From Nitrososphaerota archaeon (GTDB lineage: Archaea > Thermoproteota > Nitrososphaeria > PSMU01): a stretch of DNA of 64,000 nt. Below the pieces are notes generated by a model that ran no database searches, had not been told where the DNA came from, and was given only the letters and a program-made list of their open reading frames with translations. Below are positions 9,736 through 19,169 of the stretch, one piece after another (position 1 is the first letter of the stretch; every line of letters starts with the position of its first letter). Location: positions 288,001-352,000 of the forward strand of contig PSMU01000001.1 of NCBI GenBank assembly GCA_040290255.1. The letters run 5' to 3'. Both the position numbers and the translations under genes were made by a program.

Positions 9736-10429
9736 GGCCTTTATCTTCAGGCGCACGGGCGCCCCGCTGCAGGCGCTGGATGCGCGGGTGAGGCTACTCC
9801 TCCTCCTGGAGGCCTTCGCGGGCGCGCTTTTGCTCCGTCCGCCGGCGCTGCTCGGCCTGCTGTTGGCGCTGCTGGGCCTCAGCGTGGCCTCTAGGGCGCT
9901 TCGGAGGGTTGGGGGCGCCCTGGCCTCCTCGCTCCCCTTCGCGGGGCTGCTGTTCCTGGCCGACCTCGCCTTTGGGCTGGGCGCCGGGTTGGGCCTGACT
10001 TCAGCGCTGAGGCTGGAGGCGCTCGTCGCCGCCTCGAGCCTGCTCTTCATCTCCCTATCGCCCGAAGAGGTGGAGGGCGTGATGGCCTGGCTCGGCCTGC
10101 CCGGCGGCCTTCGGCTGGCCTTTGCAGGGGCCGTCAGGTTCTTCCCGCTGCTGACGCTCGATGCGGGCAGGGTGCTCGATGCGCAGAGGTCCAGGGGCCT
10201 CAGGCTGGGCGGCGCCAACCCCTTCAGGCTGGCGAAGGGGCTCGTGCCCCTCTTGGTGCCGCTGCTGGCCGTGGCCCTCTCGAGGAGCCAGGCCGTGGCG
10301 GAGGCGATGGCGGCCAGGGCCCTCGGCGCGGCGCGCCGGCGCCCCGCTCCTGGCAGGCTCGGCCATCTGGACGGCCTCGCGCTGCTCGCGGCTCTGCTCT
10401 TCGCCGCCGCCCTTCCCTTCCTGGCCTAG
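9719..10429 (+). CDS. ecfT: ECF transporter transmembrane T component
   Basis: LDAR, RFFP..DAQRSRG and AEAMAARA coupling helices; ATG at 9719 follows GGAGG. Confidence 0.88.
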   Translation: MVRLAEAFIFRRTGAPLQALDARVRLLLLLEAFAGALLLRPPALLGLLLALLGLSVASRALRRVGGALASSLPFAGLLFLADLAFGLGAGLGLTSALRLEALVAASSLLFISLSPEEVEGVMAWLGLPGGLRLAFAGAVRFFPLLTLDAGRVLDAQRSRGLRLGGANPFRLAKGLVPLLVPLLAVALSRSQAVAEAMAARALGAARRRPAPGRLGHLDGLALLAALLFAAALPFLA

Positions 10430-11070
10430 GGGGGCGTATCGTAGGGCGGCCCCTCGTACTTCCAGGCGACGATCATGCCGTCATCGAGCAGGAAGAGGTC
10501 GGGGCCCACGGGCTGCATCTGCCACCTTCCGCCCGTGAAGACCCAGGAGATCCAGTACCAACCCTTCTTGGTGAAGGGGTTGCCGGGGGCCCCCACGCCG
10601 TTGATGGCGAGCACGAAGTGGGAGCCATATTGGGGATACCAGCTCGCGTTCACGTTGCCCCCGGTGATGAGCAGCGTGAGGTCATAGAAGCTGGCCCCCA
10701 GGCTCACGGACGTGCCGTTGAACCAGGCCCTGGTGCCGTTGCCGTAGTCGATCAGGAGGCTGACGGAGATGTTGAGCCTCAGCGCCCGGTAGGTCGCGCT
10801 GATGTTCTGGAGGAGCGAGACGAGCTGCGCGTACTGGGGCGAGGAGGTATTCGCGGTGGCGAGGATGGGCAGCAGCAGGCCGCTGGCGTTGGCATATAGG
10901 GACCGGAGCCTCTGCTGTGTCTCCCTAAGCAGGCCCAGATCCCTCTGGTAGCGCGCCTGCAGCGAGGAGTACTGCACATAATAGTAGGCCGCCAGGCTGG
11001 CGCTGACCACGAGCAGCGCCACGGCGAGGAGCGCCAGCGAGGGCCAGAGCCTTGCGCTACGGGAGCCCAT
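10426..11070 (-). CDS. Membrane-anchored DUF4430 (transcobalamin C-terminal-like) protein, putative corrinoid-binding
   Basis: N-terminal TM and coiled coil, then LLIDYGNGT..YGSHFVLAINGV..YW...VG...L.DG..VAWKY; start 11070 or 11076. Confidence 0.7.
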   Translation of the reverse strand: MGSRSARLWPSLALLAVALLVVSASLAAYYYVQYSSLQARYQRDLGLLRETQQRLRSLYANASGLLLPILATANTSSPQYAQLVSLLQNISATYRALRLNISVSLLIDYGNGTRAWFNGTSVSLGASFYDLTLLITGGNVNASWYPQYGSHFVLAINGVGAPGNPFTKKGWYWISWVFTGGRWQMQPVGPDLFLLDDGMIVAWKYEGPPYDTPP

Positions 11071-11632
11071 GTCCATCCAGCAGGGCCGCCTTGCCGAGCG
11101 GCGTCCTCCTGGCCGCCGCCACCAGCGCGGGGGCAAGCACGGCGAAGAAGGCAAAGTCGCTCAGCTCGTGGGCCACGGCGAAGGGCACGCCCAGGATGAG
11201 CACGGGCAGCAGGGGGCTGCCCAGGAGGAGCGCGGTGACGATGTTCGTCTCCAGGTCATAGGCGAACGAGAGCAGCAGGCCCAGGCTGCCGAGCTGAAGC
11301 GCCCTCCTTCCCGAGCCCACCTCGGCGGGGCGCCACTTCCTCCTGGCGATATACCCCCCCAGCGCGTAGAGCGCCTCGCCTGCCATGAGGGCGGGCAGGA
11401 TATAGCCCGCCGCCCCGTAGGGGTTGATGAAGCCGTAGACGAGCCATGTAAGGAGGGCCACGCTGAGGCCCACCCCGAGGCCGAAGATGTAGGAGGAGAC
11501 GAAGACGAGCGCGTCCATGGGCTTAACGTTCGGCAGGTTTATCAGCGCATAGTTCGTGGCCAGGATGAGCGCCGTGAAGAGCGCGATGACGGAGACGCGC
11601 TGCGCGGGCTGAAGGGAATATGGATGGCTCAT
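11057..11632 (-). CDS. ECF substrate-binding S component, CbrT-like
   Basis: About 6 TM helices; ALFTAL..A...LPNVKP motif; G.PF...H near the C-terminus. Confidence 0.75.
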   Translation of the reverse strand: MSHPYSLQPAQRVSVIALFTALILATNYALINLPNVKPMDALVFVSSYIFGLGVGLSVALLTWLVYGFINPYGAAGYILPALMAGEALYALGGYIARRKWRPAEVGSGRRALQLGSLGLLLSFAYDLETNIVTALLLGSPLLPVLILGVPFAVAHELSDFAFFAVLAPALVAAARRTPLGKAALLDGHGLP

Positions 11633-11673
11633 CCAACCAGGCTGCCGGGCCCGGCTATAAAAGCTTAAGCCCT

Positions 11674-13023
11674 CTAGGCCAGGGGCTCCACCTTTATCGC
11701 TTCCGGCTCATAGTCCCGGAGCCTGCCCGCGAGGTACTCCTCATAGGCCTTCAGGTCCAAGAGGCCATGGCCGCAGTTGTTGAAGGCGATCACCTTGGCC
11801 TCGTTCTTCTGCCTGCACCTGAGCGCCTCATCTATGACGAACTTTATGCAGTGCGCCGTCTCCGGCGCGGGCAGCATGCCCTCGGTGCGCGCGAACAGCC
11901 TCGCGGCCTCGAAGACCTCTGTCTGGTGATAGGCCACGGACCTCATATAGCCCCTGTTGATCAGGTAGCAGAGCGAGGGGGCCTTCCCATGATACCTAAG
12001 CCCCCCCGCATGAATTGGCGGCGGCACGTATTTATGGCCCACCGTGTACATCTTGAGCAGGGGCGTGAGCCCCGCTTCGTCGCCGAAGTCGTAGGCGTAG
12101 ATGCCCCTCGTGGTGGAGGGGACCGCCCTCGGCTCGCAGGCCACGAACTCGGCCTCCGCCTTTCCCCTGAGCTTGTCCTGCATGAAGGGGTAGGCGAAGC
12201 CCGCGTAGTTGGAGCCCCCTCCAATGCAGCCCACGATCACATCGGGATAGATGCCCAGCCTCTCGAACTGCTTCTTGGCCTCTAGGCCCACCACCGTCTG
12301 GTGGAGCAGCACATGGTTCAGCACGGAGCCCAGGCAATAGCGCGTATTCTCGTGTGTGAGCGTATCCTCCAGGGCCTCGCTGATGGCGATGCCCAGGGAG
12401 CCGGGATGGTCGGGGCTGCGGGCCAGGATCTCCCTGCCCACCTGGGTTTCGCGGCTGGGCGAGGGGATCACCTCGGCCCCCCAGCTCTCCATCATGACCC
12501 TGCGGCCCTGCTTCTGCTCGTAGCTGACCCGGACCATGTAAACCCTGCAGCGCAGGCCGAAGAGCGAGGCCGCCATGCTCAGCGCGGAGCCCCACTGCCC
12601 CGCGCCGGTTTCCGTCACTATCCTCTCTATGCCCTGGGCCATGTTGTAGTAGGCCTGCGGGATGGCCGTGTTGGGCTTATGGGAGCCCGGCGGGCTGATG
12701 TACTCGCACTTATAGTAGATCTTGGCGGGGGTCCTCAGGTACTGCTCCAGCCTCCTCGCCCTCTTCAGCGGCGTGGGCCTGGGCACCACGCGTATGTACG
12801 CCTCCCTCACCTCTTCCGGTATCGGTATGTACCTCTCGGAGGAGACCTCCTGCGCCACCAGCTCCTTCGCGAAGATCCTGGTGAGGGCGCTGGGCTCGGG
12901 TGGCCGCTTCGTGCGAGGGTCCAAGGGAGGGGGGAGGGGCTCGGGCAGGTCGGCCAAGATGTTGTACCAATGCCTGGGCACTTCATCGGGGTCGAGCAGC
13001 ACGAGGTCCTCCTCCGCGGGCAT
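11674..13023 (-). CDS. trpB2: Tryptophan synthase beta chain type 2 (TrpB2)
   Basis: [17 protein letters not shown] (PLP lysine), [16 protein letters not shown] and HAGGLRYHG; start 13023 (alternative 13041). Confidence 0.95.
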   Translation of the reverse strand: MPAEEDLVLLDPDEVPRHWYNILADLPEPLPPPLDPRTKRPPEPSALTRIFAKELVAQEVSSERYIPIPEEVREAYIRVVPRPTPLKRARRLEQYLRTPAKIYYKCEYISPPGSHKPNTAIPQAYYNMAQGIERIVTETGAGQWGSALSMAASLFGLRCRVYMVRVSYEQKQGRRVMMESWGAEVIPSPSRETQVGREILARSPDHPGSLGIAISEALEDTLTHENTRYCLGSVLNHVLLHQTVVGLEAKKQFERLGIYPDVIVGCIGGGSNYAGFAYPFMQDKLRGKAEAEFVACEPRAVPSTTRGIYAYDFGDEAGLTPLLKMYTVGHKYVPPPIHAGGLRYHGKAPSLCYLINRGYMRSVAYHQTEVFEAARLFARTEGMLPAPETAHCIKFVIDEALRCRQKNEAKVIAFNNCGHGLLDLKAYEEYLAGRLRDYEPEAIKVEPLA

Positions 13024-13040
13024 GCGCGGGGGCAGGGGCA

Positions 13041-13078
13041 AAGCTTTTTAATACATTGTTGCTCACAGTTGTACATTT
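13041..13078. promoter_or_regulatory. Divergent promoter with TRP boxes
   Basis: AT-rich island with TGTACA at 13070-13075 and 4/6 matches at 13060 and 13050, in 10-bp phase. Confidence 0.7.
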
Positions 13079-13585
13079 ATGTGGAGAAGGGTCGAGGGTT
13101 ACTTCTCGAGGAGGAGGGAGGGCGTGAGGGTGGCCAGGGCCTTCGTGGAGCTGGGGCTCAGGGTGGGCAGGGATGGAAGGCCCTATCTGGGGGATGTGAG
13201 GGTGGGCGATTCCGCGCTGGCCAGGGCCCTGGGGGTGGACAGGCGCGTGGTGAGGAGCGTCTGCGAGCAGATACTTCGGGACCCGGAGCTCAGGTCCGTC
13301 TTCATGAAGCTCAAGCCCATAGGGGCCAGCCTTGAGCTCGTGGCCTCGGAGCTGGGCTATACCGTGCTGACGGTCTACGCGGACCCCCATAAGCCCGGCG
13401 TGCTGGCCGGCGTGGCCTCGGCGCTGGCGGAGAAGGGGCTGGTGGTGCGCCAGGCGCTGGCCGACGATCCGGACCTCGTGCCGGAGCCCAAGCTCACGCT
13501 CATCGTGGAGGGCCAGGTGCCCGCGGAGGTGCTGGCCAAGATCCATGCCCTGCCGCAGGTAAAGGCCCTGAAGGTCTCGAAGTGA
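13079..13585 (+). CDS. trpY: TrpY-type regulator (HTH plus ACT domain, COG2150)
   Basis: MW....F...VA....GLRV, ALARALGVDRRVV and an ACT domain (PGVLAGV..VRQALADDP); divergent from trpB2. Confidence 0.82.
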   Translation: MWRRVEGYFSRRREGVRVARAFVELGLRVGRDGRPYLGDVRVGDSALARALGVDRRVVRSVCEQILRDPELRSVFMKLKPIGASLELVASELGYTVLTVYADPHKPGVLAGVASALAEKGLVVRQALADDPDLVPEPKLTLIVEGQVPAEVLAKIHALPQVKALKVSK

Positions 13586-13587
13586 GC

Positions 13588-14784
13588 CTATATGAAGGCC
13601 CTGTACTCATCGCCCAGCAGGCCCTGGGCTATGCGCAGCTTGAGTATCTCATCGGTCCCCTCGTAGATCCTGGTGACGCGCACGTCCACCAGGTGCCTGG
13701 CCGCCCGGCGCGAGAAGCTGATGGAGGAGGGCCCGAGGAGCGAGACGGCGGCCCTGGCGGCCCTATAGGCGGCCTGAGATGTAAAGAACTTGGCCTGGGC
13801 GATGAGCAGGTCCGCCCGGCGCCTCAGCTCGAGGTCCTCGGGCCTGCTCTCGTAGAGCTGCTTCGCCTCCGCGGCCTTGTACGTGAGCGCCCTCCCCGCC
13901 TCTAGGTCCACGGCCATCTCCGCCAGCGCCGCCTGGAAGGGCTGCTGCCTCGCGAGCCTCCCGTCCCCCTGCTTGGCATAGCTGCTCAGCTCATCGATCA
14001 GGTCCTGCAGCACGCCCAGATTGCCCGCCGCCACGCTCAGCCTCCCATTCATCAGCGCGTAAAAGGCCACGTGCAGGCCCCTTCCCTCCTGGCCCAGCAG
14101 GTTCTCCTTCGGCACGCTCACACCCCTGAGCCTTATGTAGCCCGTATCCGAGGTCGGGATGCCTATCTTCTCGGTGAGCCTCATGGCCTCGACGCCCTGC
14201 TCCTTGGCATCCACCACGAAGGCGCTCATGCCCTCCCTCTTTCCCTTGGGATACGCGAAGACGATCAGCGCGTCGGCGATGGAGCCGTTGGAGATAAGGT
14301 ACTTCTCGCCGTTGAGGATATAGCGAGTGCCTTCCGCGGTGTACTCGGAGGAGAGCTCCCTCGGGTTGGAGCCCGCGCCCGGCTCCGTCAGGGCGTAGGC
14401 CAGCACCAGCTCACAGCGCGTCGAGGGGCTCAGGTACCTCTGCTTCAGCTCCTCGCTCGCCCACCTGAGCAGCGTGAGCTGGCCCAGCGAGGTGTGCCCC
14501 GAGAAGAAGGTCCTCGCTCCCACGCCCTCCCTTCCTATCCTCTCCAGCGCCAGCACATAGGCCAGGTAGCCGGCCCCCCTGCCGCCATACTCGGGCGGTA
14601 TGGGCATCCCGCCCAGCCCGAACCGCCGCGCGACCTCCACGACCTCCTCGTTGAAGTTGTGGGCCAGGTAGTGCCTCTCTTCCAGGGGCCTCAGCTCCCG
14701 ACAGGCGCGCTCCACGTCCTCCAAAAGAAGCAGCTCGTGCCGCTCAAGCCTCAGCCCCTCAGCGCCGGCGCCCTCCAGCCGCAT
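13588..14784 (-). CDS. Acyl-CoA dehydrogenase
   Basis: ALTEPGAGSN, LNGEKYLISNG, GRLSVAA and TRIYEGT. Confidence 0.93.
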   Translation of the reverse strand: MRLEGAGAEGLRLERHELLLLEDVERACRELRPLEERHYLAHNFNEEVVEVARRFGLGGMPIPPEYGGRGAGYLAYVLALERIGREGVGARTFFSGHTSLGQLTLLRWASEELKQRYLSPSTRCELVLAYALTEPGAGSNPRELSSEYTAEGTRYILNGEKYLISNGSIADALIVFAYPKGKREGMSAFVVDAKEQGVEAMRLTEKIGIPTSDTGYIRLRGVSVPKENLLGQEGRGLHVAFYALMNGRLSVAAGNLGVLQDLIDELSSYAKQGDGRLARQQPFQAALAEMAVDLEAGRALTYKAAEAKQLYESRPEDLELRRRADLLIAQAKFFTSQAAYRAARAAVSLLGPSSISFSRRAARHLVDVRVTRIYEGTDEILKLRIAQGLLGDEYRAFI

Positions 14785-14818
14785 GTGCGGCCCGGCCGCT
14801 CCGTGCTAAAAAGCTTGC

Positions 14819-16048
14819 CTAGGAGTAGGCCTCGTACTCCTTGCCGAGGAGCATGCTGGCGATCTTCAGGTCCAGGACGCCCTCGGCCCCCTCATAGATC
14901 CTCGTCACCCTCGTGTCCAGGAAGTGCCTGCCCACGGGCGAGAGCGTGGAGTAGCCGAAGCCCCCGAAGAGCTGAAGGGCATAGTCGGCCGCCTCCCAGG
15001 CGGCGCGCGTCGCTATGTTCTTGGCCAGCGCGCTCCTATAGTCCGCCTCGGCCCTCAGCGCCGCGTCCTGGCGGTTGGCCTCGTACCTATCCTTGGCCAG
15101 GGCCGCCATGTACACGGGCCAGCGCCCCCACTCGAGCCTCTTGGCGATGGCGGCTATGTAGTCCTGAATGAGCTGGTGCTTCGCGAGGGGCTTGCCGAAC
15201 TGATGCCTGTGCTTGGCCCTCTCCAGGCAGGCCCTCAGGCAGTCCTCCATCACGCCTATGCAGCCCGCGGCGATGCCTATCCTGCCGCTCAGCAGGCCCG
15301 CGTAGGCCACGTGCAGCCCCTTTCCCTCCTCGCCCAGCAGGTTTTCGCGGGGGGCATAGGCATCGTTGAACTCAAGCAGCGTGGTATCGCTGGTGAAGAG
15401 GCCCAGCTTCTCGCCCAGATGTAGCGAGACCTGCAGGCGTTCGCCTCCGTTCTGCTCCCGGTCCACCAGAAACGCGGAGATGCGCCCGCCCTCCTTCTCC
15501 CTCGCGAAGACGATGAAGGTGTCCGCGAAGCTCCCGTTCGTGATCAGGTACTTCGTGCCCCTTATCCTGTAGCCGTCCCCATCCCTATAGTACTGCGCTG
15601 CGAGGCCGGCCGCGTTGCTGCCCGCCTCCGGCTCCGTCAGGCAGAAGGCCATGAAGAGCTCTCCCCTGGCCGCCCTCGGCAGATAGCGGCTCTTCTGCTC
15701 CTCCGTGCCGTAATAAAGCAGCGGAATCTCGGTGAGCGAGCACTGCACGTCGAGCATGGTGACGGGGCCAAGGCCCACCTGCCCCAGCCTCTCGAAGGCG
15801 AGTGCATAGGCCACCGCGCTCGCGCCCAGCCCCCCATAGCTCTCGGGGACCTGCAGGCCGCAGAGGCCGTGCTTGGCCAAGACCGTCCTGTGCTCCGGAT
15901 TCACCTCACGGGCCAAATAGTGCTCCAGCTCGCTGGAGTAAAGCTCCTCGGCCGCCCTGTCCATGAGCGCCACGACCCTTTCCGCCTTGGCATCGATGAG
16001 CCCCAGGGCCCTCAGCTCGGCCAGGTGCTTCTCGAGAAAGGGCTCCAT
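14819..16048 (-). CDS. Acyl-CoA dehydrogenase
   Basis: CLTEPEAGSN, GTKYLITNG, RHQFGKPL, QLFGGFGY and TRIYEG. Confidence 0.94.
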   Translation of the reverse strand: MEPFLEKHLAELRALGLIDAKAERVVALMDRAAEELYSSELEHYLAREVNPEHRTVLAKHGLCGLQVPESYGGLGASAVAYALAFERLGQVGLGPVTMLDVQCSLTEIPLLYYGTEEQKSRYLPRAARGELFMAFCLTEPEAGSNAAGLAAQYYRDGDGYRIRGTKYLITNGSFADTFIVFAREKEGGRISAFLVDREQNGGERLQVSLHLGEKLGLFTSDTTLLEFNDAYAPRENLLGEEGKGLHVAYAGLLSGRIGIAAGCIGVMEDCLRACLERAKHRHQFGKPLAKHQLIQDYIAAIAKRLEWGRWPVYMAALAKDRYEANRQDAALRAEADYRSALAKNIATRAAWEAADYALQLFGGFGYSTLSPVGRHFLDTRVTRIYEGAEGVLDLKIASMLLGKEYEAYS

Positions 16049-16120
16049 GCCAGGGCCCCTCTTCGCCCGCTAAAAACGGTTGCTCTCAAACGTTATAACT
16101 TGGCAGGGGCCGCCTGCTTT

Positions 16121-16465
16121 GTGCAGGAGGCCTTGCAGGAGGTGGAGCGCGCGCTGGTCAAGTATAGGGCAGGGGGGCATGTAGAGGAGCTGCTCGAGGC
16201 CCTCGAGCCGCTGCGCAGGGCGCTCCTCTCATTCTTGAGGCCCGGGGCGCAGGAGAACCCCTCGATGACGGAGGCCGCCTACCGCTTGGCCGAGCGCGGC
16301 CTGCTCTCGGAGGAGCAGGCGGCCCTGCTGGCGGAGCTTTCTAGGATGAAGGAGATGGCGCATTACGATATCTACGCGGAATACTCCAGGGAGCAGATAG
16401 CCGAGATGTGGGCCAGGGCGCTGGCCCTGCTCAGGCAGCTGGGGAGGAGGGGTCGTGCGAAATGA
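16121..16465 (+). CDS. Small helical protein, possibly HEPN-like
   Basis: GTG about 24 nt after TTATAAC; L...GLLSEE.A..L..L.RMKEMAHY pattern; ATGA overlap with xpf. Confidence 0.5.
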   Translation: MQEALQEVERALVKYRAGGHVEELLEALEPLRRALLSFLRPGAQENPSMTEAAYRLAERGLLSEEQAALLAELSRMKEMAHYDIYAEYSREQIAEMWARALALLRQLGRRGRAK

Positions 16466-17154
16466 GCCTCGAGGGCTATGACCTGGTGGTCGACAGCAGG
16501 GAGGCGGCCCAGCAGGCGAGGCTCGTCTCCTCGCTCTCCTCGCTGCTCAGGGTCAAGGTGAACCTGCTGCCGGCGGGGGACTATCTGCTGCCGGCCGCGG
16601 AGGGGCGCCGGCCCCTGCTGCTCGAAAGGAAGAGCCCCACGGACCTGGTGCAGGGGCTCAAGGGCCGCCTGTGGCCGCAGCTCAAGCAGCTCGTGGAGCT
16701 GAAGCCCCACTATGACGTCGCGGTCGTGCTGGTGGGCTACCTGCCCGTGATCAGGAAGCTGACGCGCTGGAGCGAGGGCGCGGTGGCCCGGCTGATAGAT
16801 GAGATAGCGCTGGACTGGCAGGTGCCCATCATCCCCTGCCCCGATGACCGGTGGTTCGTTGCCTGGCTGGTGGCCAAGGCCCGGAGCCTGGGCAGGGCGG
16901 AGGAGAAGAGGGCCCACCCGCTCAGGCATGGGAAGAAGGGGAGCAGCGCGCAGGAGAGGGCGCTCTTCGTGGCGGAGGGCCTGGCGGGGCCGCGGATCGC
17001 CCAGGCGCTGCTCAGGAAGTTCCGCACGCTGAGGGCCCTGGCCAATGCCAGCCCGCAGGAGCTGCTCATCCCCAGGCTGGTGGGAGAGAAGAGGGCCCAG
17101 GAGATCTGGTCCATCCTCAATACTCCCTGGCCGGAGGAGCCGGGCCTAACTTAA
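16462..17154 (+). CDS. xpf: Short XPF/ERCC4 structure-specific endonuclease
   Basis: VVDSRE, GDY, ERKS..D, GRL..Q and C-terminal HhH repeats. Confidence 0.88.
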   Translation: MSLEGYDLVVDSREAAQQARLVSSLSSLLRVKVNLLPAGDYLLPAAEGRRPLLLERKSPTDLVQGLKGRLWPQLKQLVELKPHYDVAVVLVGYLPVIRKLTRWSEGAVARLIDEIALDWQVPIIPCPDDRWFVAWLVAKARSLGRAEEKRAHPLRHGKKGSSAQERALFVAEGLAGPRIAQALLRKFRTLRALANASPQELLIPRLVGEKRAQEIWSILNTPWPEEPGLT

Positions 17155-17181
17155 ATAGCGTCCCCGGCCGGAAGGGGCGCC

Positions 17182-18291
17182 TTGGGCGAGAGGGCCGCGA
17201 TCGTGGGCCTAGGGTATGAGGGCTTCAGGCGCCGGGTGGAGGACCTCTCGACCCGCGAGATGATCTTCAGCGCGGCCCTAAGGGCCTGCGAGGACGCGGA
17301 CGTGGACCCCAGAAGGGATGTGGATGCCTTCATCTCCTGCGCCGAGGACCTCTCCGATGGCTGGAGCATCACGGACGAGATGGTGCCGGATCCCATGGGC
17401 GGCGCGCTCAGGCCGGTGCATACCGTGGCCGGCGACGGGCTTCAGGGCCTGGCGCAGGCCTGCATGATGATCAGGACGGGGGCCTTTGGGCTCGTGCTCG
17501 TGGAGGCCCATGCCAAGGCCTCGGACCTCCTGGCGCTGGAGCAGGTGAGGCGCTTCGCGCTGGACCCCATCTTCCTAAGGCCCGTCGTGGAGGAGGCCGA
17601 TGTGCTGGCGGGCCTGGAGCGCTCCCTGCTGGCGGATAAGGCCTCGGAGGAGTTCATCTTGGACTACATCGTCGAGAGCAAGCGAAGGGCGCTGCTGAAC
17701 CCGAGGGGCTCCTATGGGGCCAGGCTGAGCAGGGATGAGGTGCTCGCCTCGCCATATCTCTGGGCCCCCCTAAGGGCGATAGAGAAGGCCCCTCCTGCCG
17801 AGGCCGCGATCGTCATGCTGGTGGGCTCCAGGGCCTGGGCGAACAGGGCCAGGGTGAGGCCGGTATGGGTCGAGGGCTTCGCCTACGCCACAGATAGCAG
17901 GCCGCTCTTCGATAGGTTGAACAGGAGGCCCCTGGCCGCGGAGGCCTGCCTGAAGGCCCTGCTGAAGGCCGCGCGGCTGGAGGGCCTGCCCAGGCTGGAC
18001 ATGCTGGAGCTGGAGGACAGCTATGCCCACAAGGTCCTTCAGCTCCTCGAGGCCCTGGGCCTTCCCGGCGGGGGGCTGGAGGCGATAAACCCCTCGGGCG
18101 GGGCGCTGGGCCTCGGATGCCTGCTGGAGGCCGGGGGCCTGGCCAAGGCGCTGGAGTGCGCCCTCGCGATAAGGGGCCAGGCGCCCTATGCGGCCCAGGG
18201 CGTGAAGAGGGCCCTCGCCTTCTCCTGGAGGGGGATCCCCACGGATACCTATGCCGCGGCGCTATTCAGCGCCGAGGAGGGCGGGCCCTAG
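17182..18291 (+). CDS. Thiolase-superfamily (SCP2-type) protein lacking the nucleophilic Cys
   Basis: AIVGLG, A..NP.G.YG, V..SP....PL and INPSGG.LG; no Cys at the usual CASG site. Confidence 0.85.
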   Translation: MGERAAIVGLGYEGFRRRVEDLSTREMIFSAALRACEDADVDPRRDVDAFISCAEDLSDGWSITDEMVPDPMGGALRPVHTVAGDGLQGLAQACMMIRTGAFGLVLVEAHAKASDLLALEQVRRFALDPIFLRPVVEEADVLAGLERSLLADKASEEFILDYIVESKRRALLNPRGSYGARLSRDEVLASPYLWAPLRAIEKAPPAEAAIVMLVGSRAWANRARVRPVWVEGFAYATDSRPLFDRLNRRPLAAEACLKALLKAARLEGLPRLDMLELEDSYAHKVLQLLEALGLPGGGLEAINPSGGALGLGCLLEAGGLAKALECALAIRGQAPYAAQGVKRALAFSWRGIPTDTYAAALFSAEEGGP

Positions 18292-18969
18292 CTGCCTCAG
18301 GCTGGCCACCACCACGTCGGGGCCCGCCAGGAGCAGCGGCGCGAGCCTGGCATAGTTCGGGCCATAGAAGGCGACGGCCATCAGGCCCAGCTCCTTGGCC
18401 ACCCTCACATCCACATCGGTATCCCCCACGAGGGCCGCCGCGCGGGGCTCCACGCCCAGCAGGGCGAGCGCCCTGAGCGCCACCGCCCTCTTCCTGGGCG
18501 CATGAGGGGCCGTGTAGATGTCCAGCTCGGGCCCCAGCAGGTCGGCCGTGGCGACGGCCTCGAACAGGCCTGCTAGGCCGCTCGCCTCCAGCAGCCCCTT
18601 GGTGGCTTCGAGCGAGGGCAGCGCGCTCACGAGCGCCAGCTTCAGGCCCCCGTCGCGCAGCTCCGTGAGCGCCTCCCTTGCTGCCTCATAGGGCCTCGCC
18701 AAGGCGAGGTGGGCCGCGATCCTGCGCCTGAAGAGCTCCTCGGCCCTGCGTATGACATCGGCGCCCCTCACGCCCAGCAGCGTCGCCCAGTACTCCTCTT
18801 CATCATGGGCAAAGAGCCAGGCGAGCTTCGTGCGCCTGAGCGTCGGCCTGGCGTAGCCCAGCGTGGCACACACCTCGGCCGCGGCCCTGTAGAAGGGCAA
18901 GCCGCACTCGAAGAGGGTGAAGTCCCTGTCGAAGATGACCGCCCTAAGGCGGCCTCTGCTCGCTGACAT
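18262..18969 (-). CDS. HAD-superfamily hydrolase
   Basis: VIFDRDFTL motif I and VGDT..D motif IV. Confidence 0.85.
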   Translation of the reverse strand: MSASRGRLRAVIFDRDFTLFECGLPFYRAAAEVCATLGYARPTLRRTKLAWLFAHDEEEYWATLLGVRGADVIRRAEELFRRRIAAHLALARPYEAAREALTELRDGGLKLALVSALPSLEATKGLLEASGLAGLFEAVATADLLGPELDIYTAPHAPRKRAVALRALALLGVEPRAAALVGDTDVDVRVAKELGLMAVAFYGPNYARLAPLLLAGPDVVVASLRQLGPALLGAE

Positions 18970-19111
18970 ACTCCACCGTGAAATCGAAGGCTAGCGTCTG
19001 CCTGGACCACGTGCCCAGCAGCTCGACGAGCATGTTTCCGAGGTAGACCTCATCGACCCACCCCCTCTTGGGCCGGAAGGTGATCTTGAAGACGTAGCTT
19101 TTGCCCTCCAC
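18944..19111 (-). CDS. Small hypothetical protein, 55 aa, absent from the ORF track
   Basis: GTG...TAG ORF MEGKSYVFKITFRPKRGWVDEVYLGNMLVELLGTWSRQTLAFDFTVEYVSEQRPP; GAGGAGGG upstream; TATA about 26 nt upstream; fills the intergenic gap. Confidence 0.65.
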   Translation of the reverse strand: MEGKSYVFKITFRPKRGWVDEVYLGNMLVELLGTWSRQTLAFDFTVEYVSEQRPP

Positions 19112-19169
19112 TCCCTCCTCGCCCAGGGGCAGTTAGTATAAATATTAGGCTCCGGCCCAATGCGGGAGC

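Noticed and set aside
11644-11655. GCCGGGCCCGGC palindrome in the S-component promoter
   Set aside because: A 12-bp all-GC palindrome is plausible by chance at this GC content and does not match the one at 8050-8069
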